DNA of 64,000 nt from an uncultured virus (IMG/VR IMGVR_UViG_3300041955_000566) (IMGVR_UViG_3300041955_000566), one strand, 5' to 3'; positions 9,132 through 19,284 are shown, counted from the first letter of the stretch. A program made the numbers and translations. The notes: generated by a model not told the origin, from the letters alone.

Positions 9132-10844
9132 CTACCCGATACTAATATTGCTAGTATTATCAACGACATGACCACAGTATCTCCACCACATTTTTCGATA
9201 GGCTTCTTCTACTGATCTAGCATAGCGTGGGCCGCAGATACCGGAGTTCAGAAGCTCCTCGCGCAGAACAGGGCGCGCCGCCGCCAAAGTAGACCGATTC
9301 TCGCTCAGATCAATGGCCTTGTTGATGTAGTCTTTTATTGAATCCGCGATCCACGCCCGTCGCCCCATCGCGCGCAAAGCAACGCTGGTCGTGCGACCGC
9401 CGACTTGTCCGTTGTAGAGTGTGATGATAGGAACCCCCATGAACAGGATTTCGAGCGCTGTGACGCCGCCAGTATGCGGAAAGGTATCGAGCACCAGATC
9501 GACGGTCTGGTAGGCCAGCATCTGTTCTGGATGAGAACTGTCCTGCATGAATAGCAATCGCTTCGGATCGATATCGTGCATGACCTCTCGGATGCGCCGG
9601 ATCGCGTAGGGGCGCCGCATCATCTGGTCCTTGAATAACAGGCGGCTTCCAGGTGTCCGCAACATGATTTTATGCCAAGCCTCGATCGATTGTGGACTTA
9701 ACTTCTCGTAGCGGCCAAATACTCCGAAGGTGAAAAATCCCTTGTGCTCGACTGGGGGCGCGCTGATGCCTGGTTGCCCATATTCCGGCGGCGTGTATCC
9801 GATGATTGTCTGGAGATCCCATATTTTCTCGGCAAAATGTTCTCGCTCATCCTCCGGAATCGAGTACGGGCACGCCATGAAGTAATCTATCTCTGGCAGA
9901 CCTGAGCCGTGGGCAAATCCCCAACCGTGACATTGAATCGGTGCTGGTTTCCTGGTGAGCAATGGGAGTCTGTTGCCGCCAGTATGACCTGACAAATCGA
10001 CTAAGATGTCTATCTTGTCTTCTCTGATCATTGCTTCGGCTTTGTCGTCATCAAGTGCCGAGATATCGCGCCATATCGTGCCATCCATAAACTTCTTAGT
10101 CGTGGCGTCTGCATTCGGGTCCGATCCCATGCTCATGTAGCAGTATGGTTCGACCACTGACTTGTCATGGTTGAGGATGACGGTGCCAAAGATAAAAGCC
10201 GCCGAGTGCATCTTGAAGTCGCCGCCGACATATCCAACACGAATCTGACGGTCAGGAGTTTTGTCATTTGCATGGGACTTCTTCTCACCGATCCAGTGAT
10301 GATTCTCGTACCATCGCTTCCTGGCGGCATAGTTGTCCGCTGGCGACGTATTCTTGAGCGTGCGAACAAACAAAGCATTGTAGCTGGCGAGTCCATGTTT
10401 GGGATCTTTCATTAACGCTTTTTCATATGCCTCAGTTGCTTCCGCGGCGAGGCCATTTGATGTCAAAATCATGCCCTGCGCGGTATAGCCGTCAGCACTA
10501 TCAACCAGAGACAACGACTTCTCAATCGCTGGGATTGCCTCGTCGGCGCGTTCGGCCTCGAGCAACGCCAGCGCGTAATTGTACCATGTTGTGGCATTAT
10601 TTTCGTCAAATAGCAGTGCTCGCTCTAGCCGCTGCGCTGCCAAATTCACATTTCCCTGTTGCGCCGCCATGATACCGAGGTTGGCAACAATCGGCCCGCA
10701 GTTCGGATCAACGCGCAGACCTTTCATGTAAGCCTGCTCGGCTTCGGCGAGACGGTTCGCGCAATGGTGATTGAGACCAATGTCAAGCCATTCCTCGGCC
10801 ATCGAAGATCCAATACGAGGCAAAAGATGATAGGGCTGGGTCAT
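9132..10844 (-). CDS. TPR + GT41 (OGT/SPINDLY-like) protein glycosyltransferase
   Basis: TPRs, then RVGYVGGDFKMHS, IDILVDLSGHT, DLVLDTFPHTGGVTALEILFMGVP; start may be 10802. Confidence 0.9.
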   Translation of the reverse strand: MTQPYHLLPRIGSSMAEEWLDIGLNHHCANRLAEAEQAYMKGLRVDPNCGPIVANLGIMAAQQGNVNLAAQRLERALLFDENNATTWYNYALALLEAERADEAIPAIEKSLSLVDSADGYTAQGMILTSNGLAAEATEAYEKALMKDPKHGLASYNALFVRTLKNTSPADNYAARKRWYENHHWIGEKKSHANDKTPDRQIRVGYVGGDFKMHSAAFIFGTVILNHDKSVVEPYCYMSMGSDPNADATTKKFMDGTIWRDISALDDDKAEAMIREDKIDILVDLSGHTGGNRLPLLTRKPAPIQCHGWGFAHGSGLPEIDYFMACPYSIPEDEREHFAEKIWDLQTIIGYTPPEYGQPGISAPPVEHKGFFTFGVFGRYEKLSPQSIEAWHKIMLRTPGSRLLFKDQMMRRPYAIRRIREVMHDIDPKRLLFMQDSSHPEQMLAYQTVDLVLDTFPHTGGVTALEILFMGVPIITLYNGQVGGRTTSVALRAMGRRAWIADSIKDYINKAIDLSENRSTLAAARPVLREELLNSGICGPRYARSVEEAYRKMWWRYCGHVVDNTSNISIG

Positions 10845-10853
10845 TTTAATGTC

Positions 10854-12320
10854 TCACGCATGGATGTTATTGGCCGCCGATGCCTGCCACACCTTGACGG
10901 ATTGTATGGTTATCGGCTCGCTTACACCGGTCCCCAAAATCGGAACAAGATGCTGGCTGTCGAGCACGCTGATCGGAGTGTAATCCTGGACTTGAATGCT
11001 GGTAATGAATAAACATTCGCCAGCTTCCGGATAAGGCGTTCCAGCCGGAGCCGTTTGGTTACTGGTATCGCCAGATCCGATGACGTAGGTCTCAGCGCCG
11101 CTCAAGCCAGTCTGGGCGCTTTCGTAATCAGCGGACCCAGAAAATGCGAAGGCGATGATAAGGTTTTTGGCGCTGTTGAAAGTAAAAGCTACTGGATCGC
11201 TTTCAAATATTTGGTTCCCTTGTCCCATTACAAACGACGGACTACCGTTGCTGAAGGTAACTTGGACTTGGTTGCCATCAAAATTATAGGCGTTTCCGGA
11301 GGGTGCGGCCTCCCCAATCCAACATGACGTCACAACGCAGTTTGAGGTCTCTGCGCCACTTTCGAAGGTGATCGTCGTATAAGCCCCGCTCACAGCACCA
11401 AGCAACGAAGAATTCAGGACGACGCGGACCGAATACCCCGTATAGCCGTAGTCGTCGATTGAATGCGTTGCTGTAAAAGCCGCAGCCGGGGGAGGAACCG
11501 CGCTCGGGTTATATTGCTTCCATGTCGTTAGCGCCGTAAGACCGCCGTTGTACTGGTTTTGTTGAAGCAGGTAGTCATCGAAATAATATTGAAGATGGCC
11601 GAGTGTCGTCGCCGTAGCCGGAACCCACAAACACCCGTATTTGTGCCATTGGGTGAGGTCGGGCGAAGATGCGCCGATATACGTCTGCGTTTGCAGGTAT
11701 TGAGGCGTAATTTGGTTTGCACTGTTGACGCCGTACCAATCATGATAATCGATCGAATAAAAATCATATCCGTTGGTTGGAACAAATCCGCTTGCGTTGT
11801 ACTCGAAAAAATCCACTTCTGCGTAATGAAGATAGTTCGATGCTTGCCCAGGCCACTGCTGCTGGGTCGTAGTCTGCATCAAGTGTTCCCACGCCATTGC
11901 CCACCAGGACGGCCATCCGACAAACCCCTGACTAACAACATTTGCGGGATTGAATTTGAGCGTCGCTTCAAAGTAGGCGCCGCCTCCGAAAGCTGTCCCA
12001 ACATAGGAGCCGGCGGAGCCGAGGTATGATGCCGTGGAAATCTCACCATTGGGCCCCGTAGTATCGCCCCCCAATGTGACACTGCCGTCACTATTGATTG
12101 TGATTTCGGCCAGGTTAGTGTTGCTTCCAAAATAATTATAAGGATACCAGTTGAAGCCGGATGCCTGCGTATTTCCGATGTCCAATTCCGCCGCGGTGAA
12201 CGAGCTAATGAATGTAGGAGTGTTATAACCGACGGCGACGGCCTGCGGCGGCGGGTTTTCGGTAAGACCAGGCCACGTCAAAGGAAGCGTCAGATTTATG
12301 GTTGCGTTGATGAGTGCCAC
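10854..12320 (-). CDS. GH16-like glycoside hydrolase/lectin-fold protein
   Basis: GWPSWW, catalytic-type ExDxxE (EVDFFE), WHKYGCLW..YYFD; extra inserted beta domain. Confidence 0.65.
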   Translation of the reverse strand: MALINATINLTLPLTWPGLTENPPPQAVAVGYNTPTFISSFTAAELDIGNTQASGFNWYPYNYFGSNTNLAEITINSDGSVTLGGDTTGPNGEISTASYLGSAGSYVGTAFGGGAYFEATLKFNPANVVSQGFVGWPSWWAMAWEHLMQTTTQQQWPGQASNYLHYAEVDFFEYNASGFVPTNGYDFYSIDYHDWYGVNSANQITPQYLQTQTYIGASSPDLTQWHKYGCLWVPATATTLGHLQYYFDDYLLQQNQYNGGLTALTTWKQYNPSAVPPPAAAFTATHSIDDYGYTGYSVRVVLNSSLLGAVSGAYTTITFESGAETSNCVVTSCWIGEAAPSGNAYNFDGNQVQVTFSNGSPSFVMGQGNQIFESDPVAFTFNSAKNLIIAFAFSGSADYESAQTGLSGAETYVIGSGDTSNQTAPAGTPYPEAGECLFITSIQVQDYTPISVLDSQHLVPILGTGVSEPITIQSVKVWQASAANNIHA

Positions 12321-12326
12321 GGTGAC

Positions 12327-15300
12327 CTACGGGAACAAGTAACCAGCGACAACGGCACCGTTGAAGTTGCACGTCGTCGCCGCAGAAACACCCATGGCAA
12401 GGAAGCTCGTCGCCGGCAGGTCCTGCGCGAGACCTATGACTTGGTTGCTCACCACACCGCTCGTCGTTGCCCCGGCCGACACCTGAACGGCGGCCAAGAA
12501 CCCGACCGTCGCGGCAAATGTTGGCAAGACGCCGGTCGTGCTGACAAGGATAGCCACGGTGGCGCGAACCGGCGTAGTTGAGATCGAGCACGATATGCCT
12601 GCTTGGATCGCCAGCACCCGGAATGTCTTCCCTGGCGGGACAGTCCACGACGTCGTTCCAGCGCCGGATTGAATGATGCCCTGATAGAGCGTGAACGCGA
12701 CGGTCGTGGCCCCAGCCGGTAGCGCTGTGGACGTCACCACGATCTGTATGTTGGTGCGAGCAACATCCATCTGGCCGAGATAGACGACTTGGCCGGTGAC
12801 GGATGCACCTACAGGGGCGGCTGTCGTGAACGACGCGCCGACCTGGCTTATAGAGACCGTACCGGAGACGGCAACAGTCATGGTCTGCGTCGGGGCCAGC
12901 CACATCACCTGAGCAGTAACAGCCACCTGCGTCGTGGAGACGGCAATGTTGGAAACCGTAATCGTGCCGCTGACCGTGACCGTAATCGTAACCGTGACGG
13001 TCGCGCTCACCGCATTGGAGACGGAGACGGTGCCCTGAACCGTTGCGGTGCCAGAAACGGAGACAGATCCAACGACGGTGGCCGTGATCGTCTGCGTAGG
13101 AGCAAGCCAATTCACATATCCCGCGGTTGCAACTTGAGTTGCAGAAACTATGGGAGATCCGGACAAAGCAACAGCAACGGTGTTTGTGACCGCCACAGAA
13201 AGACCAGCGCTGACGACCACAGAACCAGAAACCGAGACGGCTCCGGTAATCGCTGGCGTTCCTGAGATGGAAATTGATCCAGTAACAACCGGTGTCCCAG
13301 AAATGGAGATAGAACCGCTGATTCCGACAGACCCGGAAACTACTGCAGTGCCAGAAATTGAGATCGATCCCGTGACGGCTGGAGTATTTGTGACGGCGAC
13401 GGAGCCAGCAATAGTTGCCGTTCCCTGCATCGTGACCGATACGGTCTGAGAAGGCGCCAGCCAGGTGATTAACCCGGATGTAGCTATCTGCGATCCCGCG
13501 AGGACCGGGCCGATGAGTGCGACACTGCCGGAAATGTTGATCTGGTTCGAGACAGAAACTGTTCCCGATATGACGGCCGTGTTTGACAATGAAATCGTGC
13601 CGGAAACACCGACTGAGCCGCTGACTACCGCCGTGCCGCTGATCGAAACAGAGCCTGTGACGGCGGGCATCGAACTGATGCTTACTATGCCGGTACCAAC
13701 CGTGACAGTTCCGGACGTTGGATTTGAGATCGATACCGTACCGCTTATTACGATCGTGTTTGACACACTGATCGTACCAGAGGTCGGATTTGATATACTC
13801 ACAGTCCCGGAAATAACCACGGTGTTCGAGACGGAGACAACTCCGGTGGAGATCGCCACGGTCCCGGAGACAACTGCGCTGACTGACATGCCGGCGCTGA
13901 CAACCACGGATCCGCCGACGCGAACTACCAATCCAGTCGCCGTAGTGGTCGGGATCGCCGTTGTGTAGAGCACAAGCGCATCCGTGACGCCTACGATTCC
14001 GGAAATGCTCACGGTGCCCGTCGACACAGACACTGTTCCGCTGATGACCTCGCCAGAAATCGAGACGGTGCCTGATATAACGATCGTATTCGATACGCTT
14101 ACCGTCCCGGAAACGAGAGCAGATCCGCTCACCGAGACGGAGCCGGTGACGGCCGGCATGGACGAAATGCTGACGATCCCCGTGCTTATGGCAACCGCTC
14201 CGCTGACTACCGCCGCGACCGTCCCGGAAATGTTGATCTGGTTCGAGACGGAGACCGTGCCGCTGATGGCCGGCATCGAACTGATCGAGATGGTGCCAGA
14301 TACCGCCGCCGACACCGTTTGCGTCGGGGCCAACCAGACCAGCGCGCCGGTGGCACCGGTCTGCGTCGTCGCCGTCGGGCTGGCGCCGGTCGCGTTGCTG
14401 ACCGAGATCGTGCCGCTGATGACAACGGTATTTGTGACAGCCACGGAACCGCCGATGGTCTGCGTGCCAGACAGGCTGATTGTTCCGCTCACGGCCGCGG
14501 TGACGCCACCGGAAACCGAGATCGTGCCGCTGATCGCGGGCAGCGAAGTCACGCTCACGGTCCCAGATACCGGAACACTTCCGCTGATCGAGACAGGCCC
14601 CGATATACTGACGGTGCCGGAGACATCTTCAACAGTAACACTGACATTCGCGGTGACCGTACCGGATACCTGGACCGGACCGCTAACCGAGACAGATCCT
14701 GTGATGGTGGGAATGCCACTCAACGAAACCGATCCGCTGACGGGAACACTGCCAGAGATGGCAACGGCGCCAGTGATCGCGGGAAGGCTGGATATGCTGA
14801 CGGTGCCGCTGACCGGCGGCATGGCCGATACGCTGACAGTTCCAGATACCAAAGCAGAAACTTGGCCAGAAATCGAAACCGATCCGGTGACAGATGGCGT
14901 TCCGCTGAGAGAAACTGTGCCGCTGACCGGGACGCTTCCGCTGACGGCGACTGGACCAGATATACTGACCGTACCGCTGGCCTGTGCCTGCACCGATCCT
15001 GAGACGCCAATGTTGCCGGTGACAGGGATTGTCCCGCTGACTGAGACGGTTCCGGACACTTGGGCGTCGACCGACGAACCGGCGTTGAGCGTCACGGTTC
15101 CGGAAACCGGCACGGAACCGGCCACCCGGACGATCTCGCCGCTCGACGTCGGATCAGGCGCCGCAGTCGTGTACTGCGCGTTGACGTCGGAGACTAGGGC
15201 CGTTCCCGAAATGGCCACCGAGCCGGCGACCGTCGGCGTCCCACTTATGCTGACGCTCCCGGAAATGATCTGCGTTCCGGAGATCGACACCGTACCGCTG

Positions 15301-15611
15301 ACAGCCCCGATCTGGACGGTCCCGGAGATTGGAACCGAACCGCTGATCGAGACCGGCCCGGAAACGGAAATAGTGCCGGAAACCGGCGGCATAGAAGCGA
15401 CGGTGACGGTGACCGTCCCGCTGACCTCCACGCTGCCGGAGACGGCAACGGGGAGCGGGTTGGACGACCCGACCATTCCCTCGTCCACTCCGGTCGCGCC
15501 GAGCGCGACCTTCATGCGCTGGAAAAGAACGCCGCCGACCTCGTCGGCGGCTACCGTGACGGTGACCGAGACGCCGGTTGTCGGGTTGAGGACGACGCCT
15601 TCTTCGCTCAT
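12327..15611 (-). CDS. 1094-aa Ser/Val/Gly/Thr hexapeptide-repeat fibre protein
   Basis: Dozens of (V/I)SG(T/S)V(S/P) units, four WLAP(T/S)QT spacers, almost no charged residues; ATGA-coupled to the upstream gene. Confidence 0.85.
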   Translation of the reverse strand: MSEEGVVLNPTTGVSVTVTVAADEVGGVLFQRMKVALGATGVDEGMVGSSNPLPVAVSGSVEVSGTVTVTVASMPPVSGTISVSGPVSISGSVPISGTVQIGAVSGTVSISGTQIISGSVSISGTPTVAGSVAISGTALVSDVNAQYTTAAPDPTSSGEIVRVAGSVPVSGTVTLNAGSSVDAQVSGTVSVSGTIPVTGNIGVSGSVQAQASGTVSISGPVAVSGSVPVSGTVSLSGTPSVTGSVSISGQVSALVSGTVSVSAMPPVSGTVSISSLPAITGAVAISGSVPVSGSVSLSGIPTITGSVSVSGPVQVSGTVTANVSVTVEDVSGTVSISGPVSISGSVPVSGTVSVTSLPAISGTISVSGGVTAAVSGTISLSGTQTIGGSVAVTNTVVISGTISVSNATGASPTATTQTGATGALVWLAPTQTVSAAVSGTISISSMPAISGTVSVSNQINISGTVAAVVSGAVAISTGIVSISSMPAVTGSVSVSGSALVSGTVSVSNTIVISGTVSISGEVISGTVSVSTGTVSISGIVGVTDALVLYTTAIPTTTATGLVVRVGGSVVVSAGMSVSAVVSGTVAISTGVVSVSNTVVISGTVSISNPTSGTISVSNTIVISGTVSISNPTSGTVTVGTGIVSISSMPAVTGSVSISGTAVVSGSVGVSGTISLSNTAVISGTVSVSNQINISGSVALIGPVLAGSQIATSGLITWLAPSQTVSVTMQGTATIAGSVAVTNTPAVTGSISISGTAVVSGSVGISGSISISGTPVVTGSISISGTPAITGAVSVSGSVVVSAGLSVAVTNTVAVALSGSPIVSATQVATAGYVNWLAPTQTITATVVGSVSVSGTATVQGTVSVSNAVSATVTVTITVTVSGTITVSNIAVSTTQVAVTAQVMWLAPTQTMTVAVSGTVSISQVGASFTTAAPVGASVTGQVVYLGQMDVARTNIQIVVTSTALPAGATTVAFTLYQGIIQSGAGTTSWTVPPGKTFRVLAIQAGISCSISTTPVRATVAILVSTTGVLPTFAATVGFLAAVQVSAGATTSGVVSNQVIGLAQDLPATSFLAMGVSAATTCNFNGAVVAGYLFP

Positions 15612-16165
15612 TTGGCCCTGGCGTTCCGGTAGTAATCGGTGTGCTCGACGACGATGGTGCTGCCGTCCGATTCGAGCGCGCGGGCGTAAACCGGCACAAT
15701 CTCATCGGCGGAACGCAAGGACACAACTTTTACTGTGCGAAGCATAGCACGAAATGCATCGGTAAAATCATCGTCGTGTTGGGATTGAGGGTTAAATGGA
15801 CTTACACTAGGCGCTGCTACACGGATGATGACCTTTGGTCGATATCCCCCACCGGAATAGATCGGAAGACGATCAAGATGGTTGATGATCTGGTCCGCGG
15901 CGCGCAGCGCAAAATTCCAGCGGGGTACGACCGAGATAGGAATAAAACCATTCAAACTCATGCCAATAGAGAGGCCTATTTGCATCTCCTCAGCAACTGG
16001 AAATTCGATCCGTTTTTCGGCCGGGACTCCGGCAAAGGTATCAGACATGGACGTGCCAGCATTGCCGACACCCTGCCCAATAAAGATTGTTCGATCTTGC
16101 TGCCCAAGCCAAGTCATCGCCCGGCAAAGTTCTTTGTGATAATCGAGAATGCCATTCTGAATCAT
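15608..16165 (-). CDS. TPP-dependent enzyme, E1-beta/transketolase pyrimidine-binding subunit
   Basis: EFPVAEEMQIGLSIGMSLNG...DQIINH; only the pyrimidine-binding domain is present. Confidence 0.85.
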   Translation of the reverse strand: MIQNGILDYHKELCRAMTWLGQQDRTIFIGQGVGNAGTSMSDTFAGVPAEKRIEFPVAEEMQIGLSIGMSLNGFIPISVVPRWNFALRAADQIINHLDRLPIYSGGGYRPKVIIRVAAPSVSPFNPQSQHDDDFTDAFRAMLRTVKVVSLRSADEIVPVYARALESDGSTIVVEHTDYYRNARAK

Positions 16166-16175
16166 GAAATAGTCT

Positions 16176-16784
16176 TCATAGCCCACCAAACTTTACGAAA
16201 GTTCCAGTCCCGACATGGGGCCATATACCGAGATTATAATCATAATGATCGAGGTCGTCGCCAGATGTTTCTTGACTTCCCCAAACTGCGGCGGTGTCGG
16301 TGTAAACCGATTTCCCGTTGTCCTCGATGATCCACCTGACCGGCAGTCCGTGGCCAACGGCATACCGGACACACTCATCAGCGAGGCCCGTGGAAGCCGT
16401 CATATCCCCTATGAAGCAGAACACCCTATCCTCGCTCCCAGAACGCATGGACGCCCATGCCAGCCCCAAGGCGATAGGCATAATCCCGGCTACCACCGCT
16501 GAGCAGATAATCCGGTGCTCCGGGAAGCAAAGCGCGATCGATCGGCCGTCGATGATGGCCGCCTTCAAATCGTCTGCCGGTATCCCCTTGAGCAGACAGT
16601 GAAAATGGGAACGCCAGGATCCGCAGACCCAGTCCTGCGGCCGGATATCCTTGAAAATCTTGATAAGTTCGAGTTCGTTGCCGTCGGCAAGATGCACCGG
16701 GGCCTTGATCTCGCCGCGGTTGAATGTCGCCGCGATGTCCCGCTCGAATGCCTGGAGGGTGGCCGGCGTCCAGTCGGTGTTCAT
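16176..16784 (-). CDS. TPP-dependent enzyme, E1-alpha-like subunit
   Basis: HLADGNE, WRSH, FIGDM...EDN TPP-binding motif. Confidence 0.85.
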   Translation of the reverse strand: MNTDWTPATLQAFERDIAATFNRGEIKAPVHLADGNELELIKIFKDIRPQDWVCGSWRSHFHCLLKGIPADDLKAAIIDGRSIALCFPEHRIICSAVVAGIMPIALGLAWASMRSGSEDRVFCFIGDMTASTGLADECVRYAVGHGLPVRWIIEDNGKSVYTDTAAVWGSQETSGDDLDHYDYNLGIWPHVGTGTFVKFGGL

Positions 16785-16984
16785 TTCTGGCTCTCTGATC
16801 CGCCACCCCATCCCTGCTCAGCTATACCCCATAGAATCACCATCAGGATGAATATTCCGGCCGCTAGACGGCTGGCGCGGGAGACCGTGCGGATCATGTT
16901 CCAGTCCTGACTGGAGACAAACAAAATTACGGCGATGCTGAGGATCGCAAACCAACTGTAAACCATCATCTTCAGTGCGGTCAC
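16781..16984 (-). CDS. Small membrane protein
   Basis: 67 aa with two hydrophobic segments; start/stop overlaps with both neighbours. Confidence 0.6.
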   Translation of the reverse strand: MTALKMMVYSWFAILSIAVILFVSSQDWNMIRTVSRASRLAAGIFILMVILWGIAEQGWGGGSESQK

Positions 16985-19284
16985 AGAAACTCCGAATGTG
17001 CCGGCATCGGCGCATCATTGATTGAGACTTGGCCAGCCCTGTACCGGAACAACCAATCATTCGTATTGTGCTGAAGACAATTGGCCCCGCAGCGCTCCTG
17101 CGGATTGAAGTAATCCGAGGCAAGGTAAGCCATCACTTCATCATAGCGGGAACTGCGCCAGATATCACGGAATCTGTCTGTGACGATATTCCCGATGTGA
17201 AATTTCGAGAACTCGCGGTTGAACAAGAATCCGCATGGCGCGATAAGGCCGTTGCCGGACATCTGAAGAATGAAGGGTGGGCCGAAGCATTTCGAATAAT
17301 TTCGCCTTCCTTCATTTTCAATTCGAGACCACTTAACGACGACTCGGAAATCCTCATCGCCCATTGCTTCTACACGCTGGAAATCTTCGAAGCATCGATC
17401 ATACTCACGATAATCGACGCCGAGCCTGTTTTCGCTATCCGATGCGCAGTGTTTGTAAATCAAGTAATCCGGCCGCAGCTCATCTCGGCAAAGCTCAGCG
17501 AGTGGAATGATCTGATCGACGAATGATGGCATTGTCACCATTTGGCAGTTGATGGTCACCGGCAGATTGTCGCGCCGCTTGATCTCCATTGCATCCTTGA
17601 CGTTTTGGATCACTTGCCAGTAGTCGCGTTCCCGCAGCCCCATGATTTCCTTGTATCGTTCCAGAGTTCCGGCACTAAAATTAAAGCGCAGATAAGAAAG
17701 GTGAGGCAAAATTCGCTCCAGAACTGCACGCCTGAGACGAACACCGTTTGTTCCAATTCCAACTTTTAGCCCACACCCTGCAGCATGTTCGATGCTTTCC
17801 TCGTACCAAGGGACAACGGTGCTTTCACCATCGCTGATCAAACTGACTCCTTTGACGCCGATCTCGGCGGCGTCCTCGAGAAAAGCGAAGGCATGATGCT
17901 TTTCAATCTTCTGGCCCTCGCTGGCCTGTAGGGTGGCGTAGCAGTTGTGAACGACTATTCCTCCCGCGACGAAGTTGTGATGTGGTCGACATTCCAAGTC
18001 ATACACTGGCGAAATACCGGCGTCTGAGATTGAGATGATGCGATCTCGTGTAACCACGATTTCACTTCCGTCTCGATCCCAGGAAGCATCCATTTGCTGA
18101 TCCGTTTGGTCCACAACACAAACAGATTCCAGCCGGCCACTGCGTAGTCCGCTATTTCCTGGGACGATTTCTCTCCGTCTCGGTGCCAGTACATTCCATG
18201 GAGTAGAAGTGCCGTCTTTCTCTTCGGATGGCCGAACAAAAAATCTGGGTTCCGCCTGATGCCACTCGGAGTCACCGCAATCCAAAAAGTCCCATCCCCG
18301 ACGAATCTCGCCCCCATTGGCTCCAGAATTGGAAACAGTTTCAACTCCGTTTTGTTGGCTGGCTTGACGTTGCCCTCGCCGCGAAACATTGCTGGCGTAA
18401 TCCGCCCATTCGCCCATGTCTGCTTCATTGTGGCGGACATCATCTGGCGCCTCTCCGCCGTGAAAGTGGCTCGCGCCTTGGCAACCACTTCTGGATTCTT
18501 CATCGGATTCTTGGCCAGCATCCGCTGCCGATGCATCTCTCTTTCTTCGTCCGATATTGATCGAGTGGTTTGAATCTTTCCCTCTGCCCATAGACGCTTG
18601 AACATCTCCGATGAGAAGTTCTCGCCATATCATTCCTTCTTGGTGGCCACCATCTTGGTCGCTACTTCTTTGCGCCGCATCGGGTTGTTCGCCTTCATAC
18701 GTGCGCTGGAGTCCTGTCGAGTTTTTAAGCTGTGCTTTCGCCCAGCGGCCTGCTTGTTTCCAAGCATCCGCTGCCTGTGCATTTCCTTTTCGGCTTCGGT
18801 CATTGGACCGCGCCGATGCTTGTTTCCTGATAGAAATGGCATAATCCCCAACCCTCAAGTCCCCTGCGGCGACCCACCCGCGATCCGTAAGAACCAGATG
18901 GTCAGCCGTGCACTTGAGTATGCCAAAAGACGTGTTAATTCTCAACCCGCTCATTCTGGGGGCGGTTTGGAATTGAGCGACGACAGCGGACTCAGAACGC
19001 CTGCCATTGTCATCAATCGAAATGACGCGATCCCCAGCGCGAACATCTACCATGCGCTTCGTCGATCCATCGGCCATGAGAACTGGCACATCAGGAAAGA
19101 CGCAAAACACACAGGCCGCATTGCATTGGCGGGTCCAGGCAACATCCATCGTGACCGGCGCAATCTTCTCGCCACGGTCCCATGCCTCGACGCGGTCGCG
19201 CCACCACCCCACCTTGGTGCCGTCGAGCTGGAGGTCGCGCACATTGACGACGTGCTCCAGAAGATCTGGCATTGCGGATGTCAT
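16981..19284 (-). CDS. Radical SAM/SPASM protein interrupted by an intein
   Basis: CNAACVF|C motif rejoined by splicing; C-terminal C..PF...SGNG.IAPC...IGNI..W...C...C. Confidence 0.9.
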   Translation of the reverse strand: MTSAMPDLLEHVVNVRDLQLDGTKVGWWRDRVEAWDRGEKIAPVTMDVAWTRQCNAACVFCVFPDVPVLMADGSTKRMVDVRAGDRVISIDDNGRRSESAVVAQFQTAPRMSGLRINTSFGILKCTADHLVLTDRGWVAAGDLRVGDYAISIRKQASARSNDRSRKGNAQAADAWKQAGRWAKAQLKNSTGLQRTYEGEQPDAAQRSSDQDGGHQEGMIWRELLIGDVQASMGRGKDSNHSINIGRRKRDASAADAGQESDEESRSGCQGASHFHGGEAPDDVRHNEADMGEWADYASNVSRRGQRQASQQNGVETVSNSGANGGEIRRGWDFLDCGDSEWHQAEPRFFVRPSEEKDGTSTPWNVLAPRRREIVPGNSGLRSGRLESVCVVDQTDQQMDASWDRDGSEIVVTRDRIISISDAGISPVYDLECRPHHNFVAGGIVVHNCYATLQASEGQKIEKHHAFAFLEDAAEIGVKGVSLISDGESTVVPWYEESIEHAAGCGLKVGIGTNGVRLRRAVLERILPHLSYLRFNFSAGTLERYKEIMGLRERDYWQVIQNVKDAMEIKRRDNLPVTINCQMVTMPSFVDQIIPLAELCRDELRPDYLIYKHCASDSENRLGVDYREYDRCFEDFQRVEAMGDEDFRVVVKWSRIENEGRRNYSKCFGPPFILQMSGNGLIAPCGFLFNREFSKFHIGNIVTDRFRDIWRSSRYDEVMAYLASDYFNPQERCGANCLQHNTNDWLFRYRAGQVSINDAPMPAHSEFL
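17944..19104 (-). mobile_element. Intein, 387 aa, inserted before the third Cys of CxxxCxxC
   Basis: Starts CVFPDVPVLMADG; block B CTADH; ends VYDLEC..HNFVAGGIVVHN/C. Confidence 0.92.
17955..18842 (-). CDS. Nested +1-frame NUMOD3 + Vsr/DUF559-like endonuclease, broken by one TGA at 18630-18632
   Basis: The 73-aa and 216-aa ORFs share a frame; NPM repeats, GRKHS, PDFLF..K.A..HGMYWH..GW..FVLW. Confidence 0.8.

Noticed and set aside
13984..15747. 587-aa plus-strand ORF and other long antisense ORFs over the fibre gene
   Set aside because: Mirror of the repetitive Ser/Val/Gly/Thr codons of the minus-strand gene; no RBS or domain signal.
15608..16784. Pyruvate dehydrogenase as a central-metabolism auxiliary gene
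   Set aside because: Both subunits are much shorter than PDH E1, no E2 or E3 is present, and the context is sugar-nucleotide synthesis.
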